DNA from: Rhodothermales bacterium
Lineage (GTDB): Bacteria; Bacteroidota; Rhodothermia; Rhodothermales; Bin80
NCBI GenBank assembly: GCA_965216255.1
Contig: OZ244148.1
Span: forward strand, 66,091 to 130,090
DNA: 64,000 nt
Reading direction: 5' to 3'
This document shows positions 48,601 through 58,429 of this stretch, piece after piece (position 1 is the stretch's first letter; each line of letters opens with the position of its first letter). The position numbers and the translations under genes are program-made. The notes under the pieces were generated by a model. It saw only the letters and a list, made by a program, of their open reading frames with translations, searched no databases and was not told where the DNA came from.

Positions 48601-50828
48601 GTATCTGCCCAAGCTGCAACATCGCCGCAGCATGCTTCTAGGTCGGCATAGGTTATGTGGAGCAGGTTAAGCTGCTCCAAATTGGGATTGTTGACCCGCC
48701 AGCCCCGCCTTAAGTCGACATATAGGCGGTGACCAATGATTCCAGTCAACGTGTCCTGAGCCTTACGTGCTGCCCTCCCCCCTGCCCTAGGACTTACGGA
48801 GTAGTCCGCAGGGTCAAGCCGCAACTGGGCTGTAACACACTGGGCCACCACATCATCTGTGAGGTATCCAGCCGGCGCGTGCTGTATTGCGGACAGCAGA
48901 GCACCTCGCAGCAGAAGAATTTGGACGAAATCGTTGAAGTGTCCCGCCTGAAAGCTTGCATCCTGTCTGTTGTCCGTAAACCCCAATAGTTTTTTCGCAC
49001 TGGGGTCCAGATCGGACCCAATGAGATACTTTAGCGCTGACAGCACAAGAACGGTCGTCGCAGACGAGCGCCCCTCCCCAGAGAGTCCGGAAAGTTTTGC
49101 AATGTCGCTGCGCTTACGCGGCGAATGTTGCGTAAGACACTTCAAACAAAAGCGAAAGGACCGTGGCACGTACCACGCATCCATACCACTCGGCACCACT
49201 TTGCCTGAGCTATCCACAGCCAGCCGGATAGGAGCATACTTCCGATAGTGTGACTTGATGCGCACCAGACCACGTTTGGACTCTAGCCACTCCTCCGGGC
49301 ACATGTCCTCTAGCGAGCCCTCCGCACTATCCCCAGGCATGAGATACCCAATCTGCTCATCTTCGTCGTCAGTGGATCGCTCGAATAGATCTCTTCGACT
49401 GAACTCGATCGGCTTTCCAGCCCCCAGCGTTGTCCATACAGGAAAATATTCTTGTCCACATTCACGACAGAAACTAAGACAGAACAGGGGGCTTGTGCGA
49501 TCTCCGGGTTTGAATTGCTGACCCTCGAGCGTTATATAACGCCCGCCTGGCGGGTCCAAACTAGCATAGACATTCCAGGCACCGCTGATGAATTGGTGCA
49601 GTCGGAAGGCAAAGAGACTCCTGCCCGCTTGGTCGCGACACTGATAAGCAGCCAGCAGAAACCCCACTAGATAATCCCGACAAACATCTACGTCGAGCTT
49701 GGTATCCTGCGCAAGCCGCACTACAGCCTGCATTACAGTCAGCGGATTCCTTGTGCGAACCTTCTTCCCATCTAGATCCTCCAGCCCTAGTCTTAATTCC
49801 ACCCAAATAGCAACTGGATGCCTCGATGGCGCAGTGTACGTATATCCCAATGAATGTCCTTGCAAAACCGACTGGCGCAATTTTGCCTTATCAACGTCTC
49901 CAACGGTTACTCTATCCAAGGACTCAGTAACCACGCTCGCCAGCGTGACCCGGGCGCCAAACACGGTAGAGGCCACGTCAGCTACGGCACCGTTACCGTC
50001 GCCGTCCGAAGTTTCGGAAGCCATTGTCGCAGAAGTGCCGATGCATAATAAGCCGGCGTTAAAACGCTCCCGGACTCTCCGCACTAGCATTGCTATATCC
50101 GCACCCTGCCGTCCACGATAGGAATGCAGCTCATCAAGCACGAGAAAGCGCAAGCCCTGTGCATGGCTGCGAACAGCCTTGTCCGTTTCGATAAATCGCG
50201 TCATGATCAACTCAAGCATGACGTAGTTGGTCAGCAAAATATCGGGCGGATTCTTGGCAATTCTTGCCCGATCTTCTTCCGACTCCTGCCCGGTGTAACG
50301 AGCGAATGTCACGGGAGCCTTGCCGCTGGGGTAGCCTCGGCGTAGATACTTCTCAAGTTCTTCTGTCTGGCTGTTGCATAGGGCATTCATCGGATAAACC
50401 ACAATGGCCGCAATGCCTTTGCTTCCCCTACGTAGCACGCTGTCAACAATAGGAATAAAGTATCCGAGCGATTTTCCAGACCCGGTTCCCGTAATTATCA
50501 CAAAACTCTCGCCGCGTTGCGCAATCTCGATGGCATCGGCTTGGTGCTGGTAAAGCGTTAGAGCCTCTCCTATCGGATCCTTTTGAGTCTTGAGTCTGAA
50601 AATATTCTTGCACTCTGGGTGAAGCTTGCCATTGGAAACCATCTGATCTATGCTGGGACCTGCCCTAAAATTCGGATTCAGTTGAACGATGGGATCCGGC
50701 CAATACCGCCCGGCAGAATAGGCAGCATCGACCTTAGCCTTTATGTCGCTGGCATTGATTTTAGTGAAGCTTCTTGAGAAGGCTCCATACTCCTTCACTA
50801 GGGTATCACGAAACTCAAATACGTTCAT
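45624..50828 (-). CDS. DEAD/DEAH helicase with DUF1998 and C-terminal DUF559/Vsr-like nuclease (DrmAB-like fusion)
   Basis: TGTGSGKS, DELH, SAT, TMELGVD, QRSGRAGR, CEAGCYRCLLSYYNQ, ADFYY..IDGPHH. Confidence 0.88.
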   Translation of the reverse strand: MNVFEFRDTLVKEYGAFSRSFTKINASDIKAKVDAAYSAGRYWPDPIVQLNPNFRAGPSIDQMVSNGKLHPECKNIFRLKTQKDPIGEALTLYQHQADAIEIAQRGESFVIITGTGSGKSLGYFIPIVDSVLRRGSKGIAAIVVYPMNALCNSQTEELEKYLRRGYPSGKAPVTFARYTGQESEEDRARIAKNPPDILLTNYVMLELIMTRFIETDKAVRSHAQGLRFLVLDELHSYRGRQGADIAMLVRRVRERFNAGLLCIGTSATMASETSDGDGNGAVADVASTVFGARVTLASVVTESLDRVTVGDVDKAKLRQSVLQGHSLGYTYTAPSRHPVAIWVELRLGLEDLDGKKVRTRNPLTVMQAVVRLAQDTKLDVDVCRDYLVGFLLAAYQCRDQAGRSLFAFRLHQFISGAWNVYASLDPPGGRYITLEGQQFKPGDRTSPLFCLSFCRECGQEYFPVWTTLGAGKPIEFSRRDLFERSTDDEDEQIGYLMPGDSAEGSLEDMCPEEWLESKRGLVRIKSHYRKYAPIRLAVDSSGKVVPSGMDAWYVPRSFRFCLKCLTQHSPRKRSDIAKLSGLSGEGRSSATTVLVLSALKYLIGSDLDPSAKKLLGFTDNRQDASFQAGHFNDFVQILLLRGALLSAIQHAPAGYLTDDVVAQCVTAQLRLDPADYSVSPRAGGRAARKAQDTLTGIIGHRLYVDLRRGWRVNNPNLEQLNLLHITYADLEACCGDVAAWADTHPVFRALSPDGRMAIARELLDRMLKELCIKSSFLDYQELEKLKRRSYTLLKEPWALAEDDQVTSFSVMVPRPRYQEEADRERRHHVSYRSTFGAMVRRTSTWGDDNPYLPTKRDESFYNTVVDDLLRVLRDYGIIEPTDLKCGRTGYYVNASVLEWRLGTEEDGRTQKGPINTFFCELYRNVAKLLDQEERLLHQLEAREHTAQVDSDVRQERERRFRSGLARKNSEEGLPIMFCTPTMELGVDIASLNAVYMRNVPPTPANYAQRSGRAGRSGQPALVVTYCAARSPHDQYFFSNPARVVAGIVSPPAIDVTNEDLVRSHIQAVWLSETGVMLSHSVAEVLDVSQADELPITSEIDDQLRRPQAAERAILRVRRIMETIVPEFGEGMASWYADTWVDNQVRRAQRRLDEAFDRWRTLFRATVSQKKLALEILDNFAASERERKEAKTRFDEAQRQQNLLLYSRATVSSDFYSYRYLASEGFLPGYNFPRLPLLAYIPGRLEKSVKESFLSRPRFLGLSEFGPGSIIYHEGSTYRVERAILSRRQDASNVPFHTLPVTRARICLSCGYGHFVDQQDFERCVHCDALLGDGLLVERLYCIEQVSTRRITRITSDEEERRRLGYDIVTTVRFSQSDGRQRVETAVLGDDKGDLLELSYAPAATLWRINLGWRRRKVKSIHGFHIDARNGRWAKGTENPDDPDEEFSGESTPLQRITPFVRDTRNVLIVRPLSDCDDLSLVTVQYALKRGIEQLYQLEENELAVEPLPNRDLRNAILLFESSEGGAGVLSHLVHEHGSIQAVAQRALQVCHYRLESAPSISAADLEDINADCEAGCYRCLLSYYNQLDHGAIDRKDDAAMDLLCRLVGSRRLRNTSPARDSMEELLNASGSSLEKDWLQFMLENHLRLPSSAQHLVNLPRTRADFYYEEAQALIYIDGPHHLTREQHTVDARLTAELESAGFVVIRFSLNRARWLDVIRAYPWVFGATSRRTKE

Positions 50829-51490
50829 ATCCGTGCTAAGGGGAGTTGAGGGCGGCTTGCAGGGTTTAGCTGCCAGCTATCGGAAGGCGTTACGTGCCAA
50901 GTAAAATGAGACAAGGTCGCCGCGGATTTAGTTAGTGATTGCCCGAAAACGATTTGAGTGATCTGTAGGCCACAAGTCTGGATAAATTTCCCCGGAGGAA
51001 GACCTGTTCAATTAACGCAATTTCAGGCACTTCAACATGTCCCGCCATCACCCACAACCCTCGCTGTTCTCTATCTTAAATTAGGTGAAATTCTGTCCAA
51101 CGATTGGGGGACACCCCACAACGCCCCAGGAAATACAGAGCGAAAGCTCCCGATGGCTCTCACATCTAGTTGGTATGCACCGTAACTTCGTCCTGGGACT
51201 GACCAACGAAGTGGGACCACATCATCCGCCGTACTAAAGCCTCTGGAGTCGCCCTGCCTTGGCACACCTCCTTCGTTGGGCCCTATAGTAAGGTGTCCGT
51301 GAATGAGCAGCAACTCCAGAACGTCATGGGTAGTTTACATTCAGTGTGCCAGAATCAAGACTAATTAGGAGATTTTACCATCCGGTGCCCATCGCGGAAT
51401 TCAGTGGCCTTTCCGTCCGGGGTCGCTGATGCGGCCCTTTCGGCAAGACTCCATGCCGACATCGAGCTGCGAGAAACCGAAGGGAGGATC

Positions 51491-53152
51491 ATGACCGCCG
51501 CCGATCTCTCACCCCCTCAGAGCAACGACCTGTCCGGCATAAATCGCCGCCGTCTGCTCGGGGTCTACTACACTCCTGATGACTTGGCAACGACGCTGGT
51601 GCGGTGGGCATTGAACGGTGGAATCGGGCCGGTTCTGGACCCGAGCTACGGAGGTTGCGCGTTTCTCGAGGCCGCGGTGCGGATCCTGTCAGAGAAGGAT
51701 GCTTCAAGAGCGAAAACGTGGGTCTATGGAGTCGACATCGACCCTAGTTGCGCCTACACGGTGCGGCAGAGCCAGCGGTTGCACGAGGCCAACTGCATTG
51801 AACGTGATTTCCTTACCATTTCGCCAAGCGATTTGCCCGGTAGTCCTTACGCCGCAATTGTCGGCAACCCACCCTACGTGCGACACCATTGGATTAAGGG
51901 TGAGCAGCGCGATTCGGCCCGAGCCGTTGCGGCCGACTCGTCCGTTTCGCTCTCTGCGACCGCTAGCCTCTGGGCATACTTCCTCCTCCATTCCCTAAAG
52001 TTTCTGTCCCGTGGCGGCCGACTCGCGATGCTGTTGCCAGTGGCCGTTCTGCAAACGGACTACGCGGCCCCTCTCCGTGGGATGCTTGCCAACAAGTTCG
52101 GGGGCACCAGGCTGATCCATGTTCGCGACCGCTTGTTCGCCCACACCGATGAAGCGGTGGTCGTAGCGGCTTGCTCCGATTTTGGCGGCAACGGTGATGT
52201 CCAGATGTTGGCCGTTGAGTCCGCGGGGGATGTCTACTCTGTGCTGACGGATTCCAACGGACGCCCGCCTCGCTCCTTTTGCTTTCCCCCTTGTGTGAAC
52301 GACAAAGGATCCGAGGCGGTTGCCTTGCTGAATCGAATCACTGGAAGGCCCGAACTGAAGCGTCTCGGCGATGTGGCGGCCATCAGAGTCGGGGTGGTCA
52401 CCGGTGCCAATCAGCATTTCATCCGCAGCAGGAAAGATCTGGACGGCCTTGGGCTTCCGGGCAGCGTTCGGCACCGCATCGTGTCGCGGACGAGATGGCT
52501 AAGAGGCCTCGAATTCACTGAAGGTGACCACAACGCTTTCGTGGATGGAGAAGAGGCCGCGTTTCTAGTGCGGCCTGAGAGTGCCGAAGAAGACCGGCTC
52601 GTTCAGACTTGGATTAGCGCAGGAGTCGAGGAGGGCATCGACGGCAGATACAAGTGCTCCCTCCGGGAAAACTGGTTTCGTGTTGAGATTCCGAACGCAT
52701 CCGACGGCTTCGCGACCTGTGCTCGCGCTGGGTCGCCTCTGCTTGTCCTCAATCGCGCAAAGTGCCAAAACAGCAACGCTATCCACAGTGTTATTTGGAA
52801 CCCCGACTTTATGGGCAAGGTCGAAGCTGTGGCTGTTGGTTTTCTGACGAGTGCGGTTTCGGCTTGGGCCGAACTCCGGGGTCGCCGCTACGGCGGGGGT
52901 GTGCTCAAGATTGAACCTGGTACCTTAAAGATGGCCCCGGTACCTATCGTCAAAGGCGCAGAAGACGCATTTGAAGACCTGGATCGCATGCTGCGGGAAG
53001 GGCGAGAAGAGGATGCCAGACGCGTCGCCGACGACCGTGTTCTTCGTCACGGTCTGGGCTTGGATGACCAAGAGGTCGAGAGTTTGCAACACGTGCGCTC
53101 TCAGCTTATGGAGTGGCGCCGACCTACCCGTCGGGACAATATTCATGGCTAG
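51491..53152 (+). CDS. Gamma-class N6-adenine DNA methyltransferase
   Basis: GVYYTP, VLDPSYGGCAFL, GNPPY, GRRYGGGVLKIEP; RBS GGGAGG before ATG 51491. Confidence 0.9.
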   Translation: MTAADLSPPQSNDLSGINRRRLLGVYYTPDDLATTLVRWALNGGIGPVLDPSYGGCAFLEAAVRILSEKDASRAKTWVYGVDIDPSCAYTVRQSQRLHEANCIERDFLTISPSDLPGSPYAAIVGNPPYVRHHWIKGEQRDSARAVAADSSVSLSATASLWAYFLLHSLKFLSRGGRLAMLLPVAVLQTDYAAPLRGMLANKFGGTRLIHVRDRLFAHTDEAVVVAACSDFGGNGDVQMLAVESAGDVYSVLTDSNGRPPRSFCFPPCVNDKGSEAVALLNRITGRPELKRLGDVAAIRVGVVTGANQHFIRSRKDLDGLGLPGSVRHRIVSRTRWLRGLEFTEGDHNAFVDGEEAAFLVRPESAEEDRLVQTWISAGVEEGIDGRYKCSLRENWFRVEIPNASDGFATCARAGSPLLVLNRAKCQNSNAIHSVIWNPDFMGKVEAVAVGFLTSAVSAWAELRGRRYGGGVLKIEPGTLKMAPVPIVKGAEDAFEDLDRMLREGREEDARRVADDRVLRHGLGLDDQEVESLQHVRSQLMEWRRPTRRDNIHG

Positions 53153-55478
53153 GTTCACAGTCGATACCCACCTGTTTCGCGAGCTGGGAGAACTGCTCGT
53201 TGGCCGCGATTCTACGGCGTTGATCGAGTTGGTCAAGAATTCGTATGACGCAGACGCCACCGAAGTGATCGTTCACGGTGAGAACCTCGACGATCAGCAG
53301 CGAGGACGCATCGTGATCCTGGACAACGGGACCGGGATGACGCGAGAGCAATTCGTCTCGGGCTTCCTGCGTATCGCATCACGCTTGAAGGACCAAGGAA
53401 CGAGGCGGTCTACAGTATTTGGGCGTCGGTACACTGGTTTCAAAGGCATTGGTCGGCTGGCAGCCCACAAGTTGGCGCGGCGTTTGGAAGTTGTCAGCAT
53501 TCATCGCAACGAGTCCGGTAGTACATCGGCGACGGAAGTCAAGGCCATTCTGGACTGGGACGCCATAGAGGCGTTCGAGACGCTGGACGATGTGCCCGAT
53601 GATGTTGTGTCGGTCGCTGAAAATCACATCAGTGGAGATTTCATACAGGGTACTCAGTTGACCCTGTCTAGCCTCAGGCGGCCGTGGACTCCCAAGGAAC
53701 GACTTCGATTCTTCGCCGAAGTTCAGGCATTTCAGATCCCGGATTTCATCAAGCAACCATTGCCGTCGGGGGTGATTTCGGGGCCTGTGTTATTCGAGCA
53801 ACCAATCCTGAGAGATATCGACGGCGCTTCGCCGGAATCGGAGGATAGTGGCTTCGACGTGCTTTTTGAGGGCGAGCTCGATGCTGGGGAACAGTATTGG
53901 GGCGTCATCGCCGAAATGGCCGCATGGGTGATTGAGATTCGTGCGGAGACTGACAAGGCTCAGGTTCAATTCGCCATCTCCCCTACCTGCCGCACTCAGG
54001 CACAGAATCCCGATGCCAGAGCGTTTGCGACAACCATTGCACATCCGGATCCCGAACGCGGTCCTTCATTTGACGCCCGGATTCTCGTTCGAGAGGGACG
54101 TCCTAGTATGGGCAAAGGAGCGCGAGACCGCCGGACTTGGGCAGCCAAGGCGAGCGGAATTCGCGTCTACTTGGAAGGATTCCGTGTCCTGCCCTATGGC
54201 GAGGACGACTGGTTGTCGATCGATGCCACGTATGCCAGGCGTACTCGCCAGCTTGAGATGCTACGAGACTTCCCGCTAGTTGCTGAATTGGGCGACGCAG
54301 ACCCAAACGAAGGTCTAACCCGTCTGCCTCACAACAGCTATTTTGGTGGCGTCCTCCTTACCCAAGAGCGCGCGCCCACGCTCAGGGTGCTGGTGAACCG
54401 GGAAGGCTTCGTGCCGGAGGCCGCATTCGACACACTTGTTAGCTTGGTTCGCACAGGAGTGGACCTGTGCACCCGCTTACGCGCCGCCAGCAACCTGAGG
54501 CTCCGGCGGCGACGGAGGCAGGATCGCTTGGAGACTCCAAAGCAGAAGTCGGGGGCCAGCGCCGACGCCCCGTCGCCGGCGGATGGCCCCGACGGTCAGC
54601 AGCCCAAGTCTCTACCTGATCTCATCGCTGCCGCGGGTGCGTCCCTCAGCGAAGCTCGGCTGCTTGTCGGCCAAAGCAACGCCGAGGCAGCCCGGCCGAA
54701 AATGTGGGCAGCCGTACAAGCTATGGAGGAGGCCAAAGAGCGAGCCGATAGCGTGATCTCCGAAGGGGCCCTCTTCCGTGTATTGGCTTCGGTCGGGACT
54801 CAAATGGCCGCTTTTGTCCACGAGATGAATGCACTGTTGGGGGCCGCGCAGACTTTGCACCAAGGGCTCAAAGAAATCCTTCGCGACCCGTCCCTTTCCC
54901 CAAACCATCGGCACCGGGTCAGACTTGCGTGGGCAGTTGCCGTCGACTTGGCTCAGTGGATTGAGCGCCATGCCTCCTACTTGGTGGATGTGGTCACCCC
55001 GGACGCTCGAAGGCGCCGCTCCCGCCAGTGTCTGGCCGACAGATTCGACTCGGCGGTTCGTTTGGTGAGGCATTCCGCCGAGCGGAGGCAGGTCGGCATT
55101 GTGAACCGGATACCGAAGGAGCTAAAGTCGCTCCCTATGTTTCCGGCAGAGTTGACGATTGTGTTCGCCAATATGCTGACCAATGCTGTAAAGGGCGCAC
55201 GTGAAAACGGAGGAATTGAGGCCTCGGCTGTCAACGAGGGAGGCGTCCTGCGTATTCGCGTGCAGAACACGGGAGTTGCAGTCGACCTCGATGAGGCAGA
55301 GCGCTGGTTCCAGCCATTCGAATCCACGACTGAGGAAATCAACCCTGTTCTTGGTCAAGGCATGGGTCTTGGCCTCACCATTACGAGAAGCATACTCGAC
55401 TATTACGGAATAGTGATCGGGTTCGCCACACCCGACGCACCCTACGCCACTGCAATTGAAATGACCCTTCAAGAATGA
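53145..55478 (+). CDS. GHKL (MORC/MutL-like) ATPase fused to a histidine kinase
   Basis: ELVKNSYDADA, DNGTGM, GFKGIGRLA; C-terminal FVHEMN, NMLTNAVK, GMGLGL; overlaps the MTase stop. Confidence 0.88.
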   Translation: MARFTVDTHLFRELGELLVGRDSTALIELVKNSYDADATEVIVHGENLDDQQRGRIVILDNGTGMTREQFVSGFLRIASRLKDQGTRRSTVFGRRYTGFKGIGRLAAHKLARRLEVVSIHRNESGSTSATEVKAILDWDAIEAFETLDDVPDDVVSVAENHISGDFIQGTQLTLSSLRRPWTPKERLRFFAEVQAFQIPDFIKQPLPSGVISGPVLFEQPILRDIDGASPESEDSGFDVLFEGELDAGEQYWGVIAEMAAWVIEIRAETDKAQVQFAISPTCRTQAQNPDARAFATTIAHPDPERGPSFDARILVREGRPSMGKGARDRRTWAAKASGIRVYLEGFRVLPYGEDDWLSIDATYARRTRQLEMLRDFPLVAELGDADPNEGLTRLPHNSYFGGVLLTQERAPTLRVLVNREGFVPEAAFDTLVSLVRTGVDLCTRLRAASNLRLRRRRRQDRLETPKQKSGASADAPSPADGPDGQQPKSLPDLIAAAGASLSEARLLVGQSNAEAARPKMWAAVQAMEEAKERADSVISEGALFRVLASVGTQMAAFVHEMNALLGAAQTLHQGLKEILRDPSLSPNHRHRVRLAWAVAVDLAQWIERHASYLVDVVTPDARRRRSRQCLADRFDSAVRLVRHSAERRQVGIVNRIPKELKSLPMFPAELTIVFANMLTNAVKGARENGGIEASAVNEGGVLRIRVQNTGVAVDLDEAERWFQPFESTTEEINPVLGQGMGLGLTITRSILDYYGIVIGFATPDAPYATAIEMTLQE

Positions 55479-56635
55479 ATTTCGAGCGTGCCGCAAGACC
55501 GGTGATCCTCGTGGTTGACGATGAACCCGACAAACTTCGCTCTTCACTCAAGCTCGCGTGGGAGAACCAAGCAAGAGTAACGGTCCGGCATCCATCGGAC
55601 ATCGAGGATAACGATCTAGAACAAGCACACCTGATACTCATGGACTACCGGCTGGACCTATGGCCGGAACGCGATACTCAGCCCACCGCTTTTTACGTCC
55701 GAACAGGTATGGCCCTTGCCACGATCCTACGGGAGGCCACCGACGAAATTAAGCCAGATCGATTCACCGCTGTGGCACTCTATACAGCCCATCTCCACGA
55801 GGCCAGCGGCCGGATTCGGCCACCAATTTCCAGGCATGTAGTGGCGCGGCTAAACAATCTGGAGTGGGTCTTCGAAAAGACTGATGAGAAGAGATTCGAC
55901 CAGATCGTTTTGATGGCAAGAGCCGCACAGCATCTTGATAGCTACTGGCCTGCCGATTCAGACGCATCCGAGGCCCGCGCACGCGAATTGCTGAACATTG
56001 ACGCCGAGGTCGAGTGGTTCGCGCGGAGTTGGCGGGAGGTTCGGGAATGCCAGCCTCCCATCTATCAATTGGCTACTAGCGCGGGTGGCCACCGTGTAAC
56101 AGGTAGTTCACACGGCGCTTTCTTCTTTCGCTGGCTCCTCCAGCACATCTTTCCGTATCCGTGTTTCCTGTGGGACGTGAACTGGGTGGCCGCACGGCTC
56201 CGGATCCAGGTGAACGATCTCGAGCGGCTGATAGCCTCGGACTGCATTTTGGCACGCGATTTGGACCAGTTGAGGTATACTGGCTTACTTGCGGAGTTCT
56301 TGGGACCTCGCTGGTGGCGAACCGCGATTGAGGATTATGTTTGGAAGGTCGGAGGCCAGTCGTCGGGCCACTTTGGGGAGTTCGAAGACCGGCTCCGGGA
56401 GAAGGCCGGGGAGCATCTCGAGATGGTAGTCCCGCGCGATCCGGTAGTTTGCTTGGACAAGGACTTCCAGCCAAACGGAGTCGCGTCTCCACAGGACGCA
56501 ATAAGGTTACGACCGGACTACTGGCCGCCATTCGCAGATGCGGCGTGGATGAGGATCGAGACGGTAAGGGAGGACCACGAACTCAGCGCAATGGTCGACC
56601 CTCTGGATCAGTACAGGGTCGACGCGGATGAGTAG
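55475..56635 (+). CDS. Receiver-domain protein with unknown C-terminal domain
   Basis: ILVVDDEP, LILMDYRL; ATGA overlap with the kinase. Confidence 0.8.
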   Translation: MNFERAARPVILVVDDEPDKLRSSLKLAWENQARVTVRHPSDIEDNDLEQAHLILMDYRLDLWPERDTQPTAFYVRTGMALATILREATDEIKPDRFTAVALYTAHLHEASGRIRPPISRHVVARLNNLEWVFEKTDEKRFDQIVLMARAAQHLDSYWPADSDASEARARELLNIDAEVEWFARSWREVRECQPPIYQLATSAGGHRVTGSSHGAFFFRWLLQHIFPYPCFLWDVNWVAARLRIQVNDLERLIASDCILARDLDQLRYTGLLAEFLGPRWWRTAIEDYVWKVGGQSSGHFGEFEDRLREKAGEHLEMVVPRDPVVCLDKDFQPNGVASPQDAIRLRPDYWPPFADAAWMRIETVREDHELSAMVDPLDQYRVDADE

Positions 56636-57386
56636 TAAGCGGGTATCCGGACTTCAGTTCTCTTGTAAGGAACTGGTCGATGAGATAGCAGCCCTAATGA
56701 AAATGGCTGAACATTTCCTTTATTTGAACGGCGAACTTGCTGCTTTCAAGAACGATTTGGAGCGAATCGGCGAAAGGCCAGCTGGGTGCGATATGCAGCT
56801 CAATCTGCGATCACTTTGCACTAGGCCGACTCGCAACTACGAGCCCGGATCGAGGTCCGGTGGTCTGGAGGTCTACGCCCGAATTATGGGAAAATGGCAA
56901 GTGCGACCTGTCGGAACGAACCACCGCAACCGCAAGATTGCATTCACTGGTTCGGCTTCCGCCGTCGTTGAGTTGTGGCCTAAATGCTCGCTATGGCGTG
57001 AAGAGAACGACCAATCAAGCCGTCTGGCGATGTGGCGAATTGAACTCGGTTCCTACGACTCCCCGGGCTGTTATTTTCACTCTCAGATTCTCGGTGACTG
57101 CGTCCACCCTCCGTTCCCAAAGAGCGTCCCGATCCCGCGGTTGCCCAGCCCATTTGTCACGCCCATGGCGGTGGTAGAATTCGTGCTCGGAGAACTATTT
57201 CAAGACGTGTGGTCGCAGGCGGCAAGCGAGACCCGCCATCACCATCAGCGTTGGCGGTCGATTCAGCGCCAGCGTTGGTCAAGTTTGCTGGATTGGCAGC
57301 GTAACACCCTTGATCGGGGTGTTTCATCCCCCTGGATCAACCTGAAGGAAGCGAAGCCACCGGACAACCTCTTCCTGTCTTCGTGA
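56628..57386 (+). CDS. Hypothetical protein, possible effector (weak DUF2290-like HxQ..IPR motif)
   Basis: 252-aa ORF overlapping the upstream stop; PGCYFHSQILG..PIPRLP..EFVLGELF. Confidence 0.65.
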   Translation: MSSKRVSGLQFSCKELVDEIAALMKMAEHFLYLNGELAAFKNDLERIGERPAGCDMQLNLRSLCTRPTRNYEPGSRSGGLEVYARIMGKWQVRPVGTNHRNRKIAFTGSASAVVELWPKCSLWREENDQSSRLAMWRIELGSYDSPGCYFHSQILGDCVHPPFPKSVPIPRLPSPFVTPMAVVEFVLGELFQDVWSQAASETRHHHQRWRSIQRQRWSSLLDWQRNTLDRGVSSPWINLKEAKPPDNLFLSS

Positions 57387-58429
57387 ATGAGTTTTGTAGT
57401 GTAAGGTAGTTCCGGTTTTTGGACAGGTCGTTGCGCCGGATTCTAGGTCGGAAGAAGAGGCACCGAGATGGCCACGAAGAGAGGACCCTGCATGGACCTG
57501 TTCGCTTTCCTGCTCGAATGGCATCTGCATCAATCGAAATACCCGTTCACGATCGATCGGATTGGGAGTTCAGCTTCGATCGGAATACCCGTTCAACATC
57601 CGTCGGATTATCCACCTAACTCTCGGAACTATGCCGCATCGATTAGCGGCATGTTCGGAGAGCACCCGAACCCTCGAATGCTGAGTGCACCGCAGTCGCG
57701 TGCGCATCTTGAACTCGTCCTGCCCGATGCGCGTCAACCCTGTTGGACGGAGACATCACTCGGCGTGCACACATTATTCGGAAATCTCAATGCTCGGGGC
57801 GAGGCGCAGTTGGCCAGTTGATGAATGTCAATAGTCTGCGCCAATTGAAGGTACCGGTTCTTGAAGGATAAGGAGGGGACGCGAGTCTGGGACCAGCCGA
57901 GCGTGAGTGCATCTGCTGCTGGTCGCCAGTGACACATGCCCGATGATTTCCTTAACCTCGTGGGCCGACGCTCCGTGATCCAGTGCCGGGGATGAGGGCA
58001 TGACGCGGGGCTAACGGCGCTCAATTCTTTCCCCCGACGTGTTATTATCGGAAATGTTTTAGGCCTCAAAAAACGGCAATGAACGACCGGTGGGGCACCC
58101 CGCACAGCGCCTGAGATCGTCGCACGCATACCGCAAATTGGAGCACGTCAACTACGCAGCTCTCTCCGCAGTGGCTCTGCGAGACACATCGAATGGAAGT
58201 CCATTTGCACTGCGGCGTGTGCCACCCTTTATTGGGTGCGCCTACGGCGTGGAGAAGTGCGAAACTCTTGCGGGGCTAGCCAAATGATATCCCTATCGTT
58301 GAGATCGTGGGATGGGTTGTCACTCTTGCCGCCAATGGCCTCAAAAAGAGCCAGCCCACAGCGACAGCCAGCTTCCTCCCCAGCGACGCAACGTCGGCGT
58401 CGTCACTCCCAACTGAGGCATCGGGGGGG

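Noticed and set aside
57390-58420. Short ORFs between the operon and the peptidase; also 50830-51490
   Set aside because: No recognisable motifs; no tRNA, att site or promoter could be supported.
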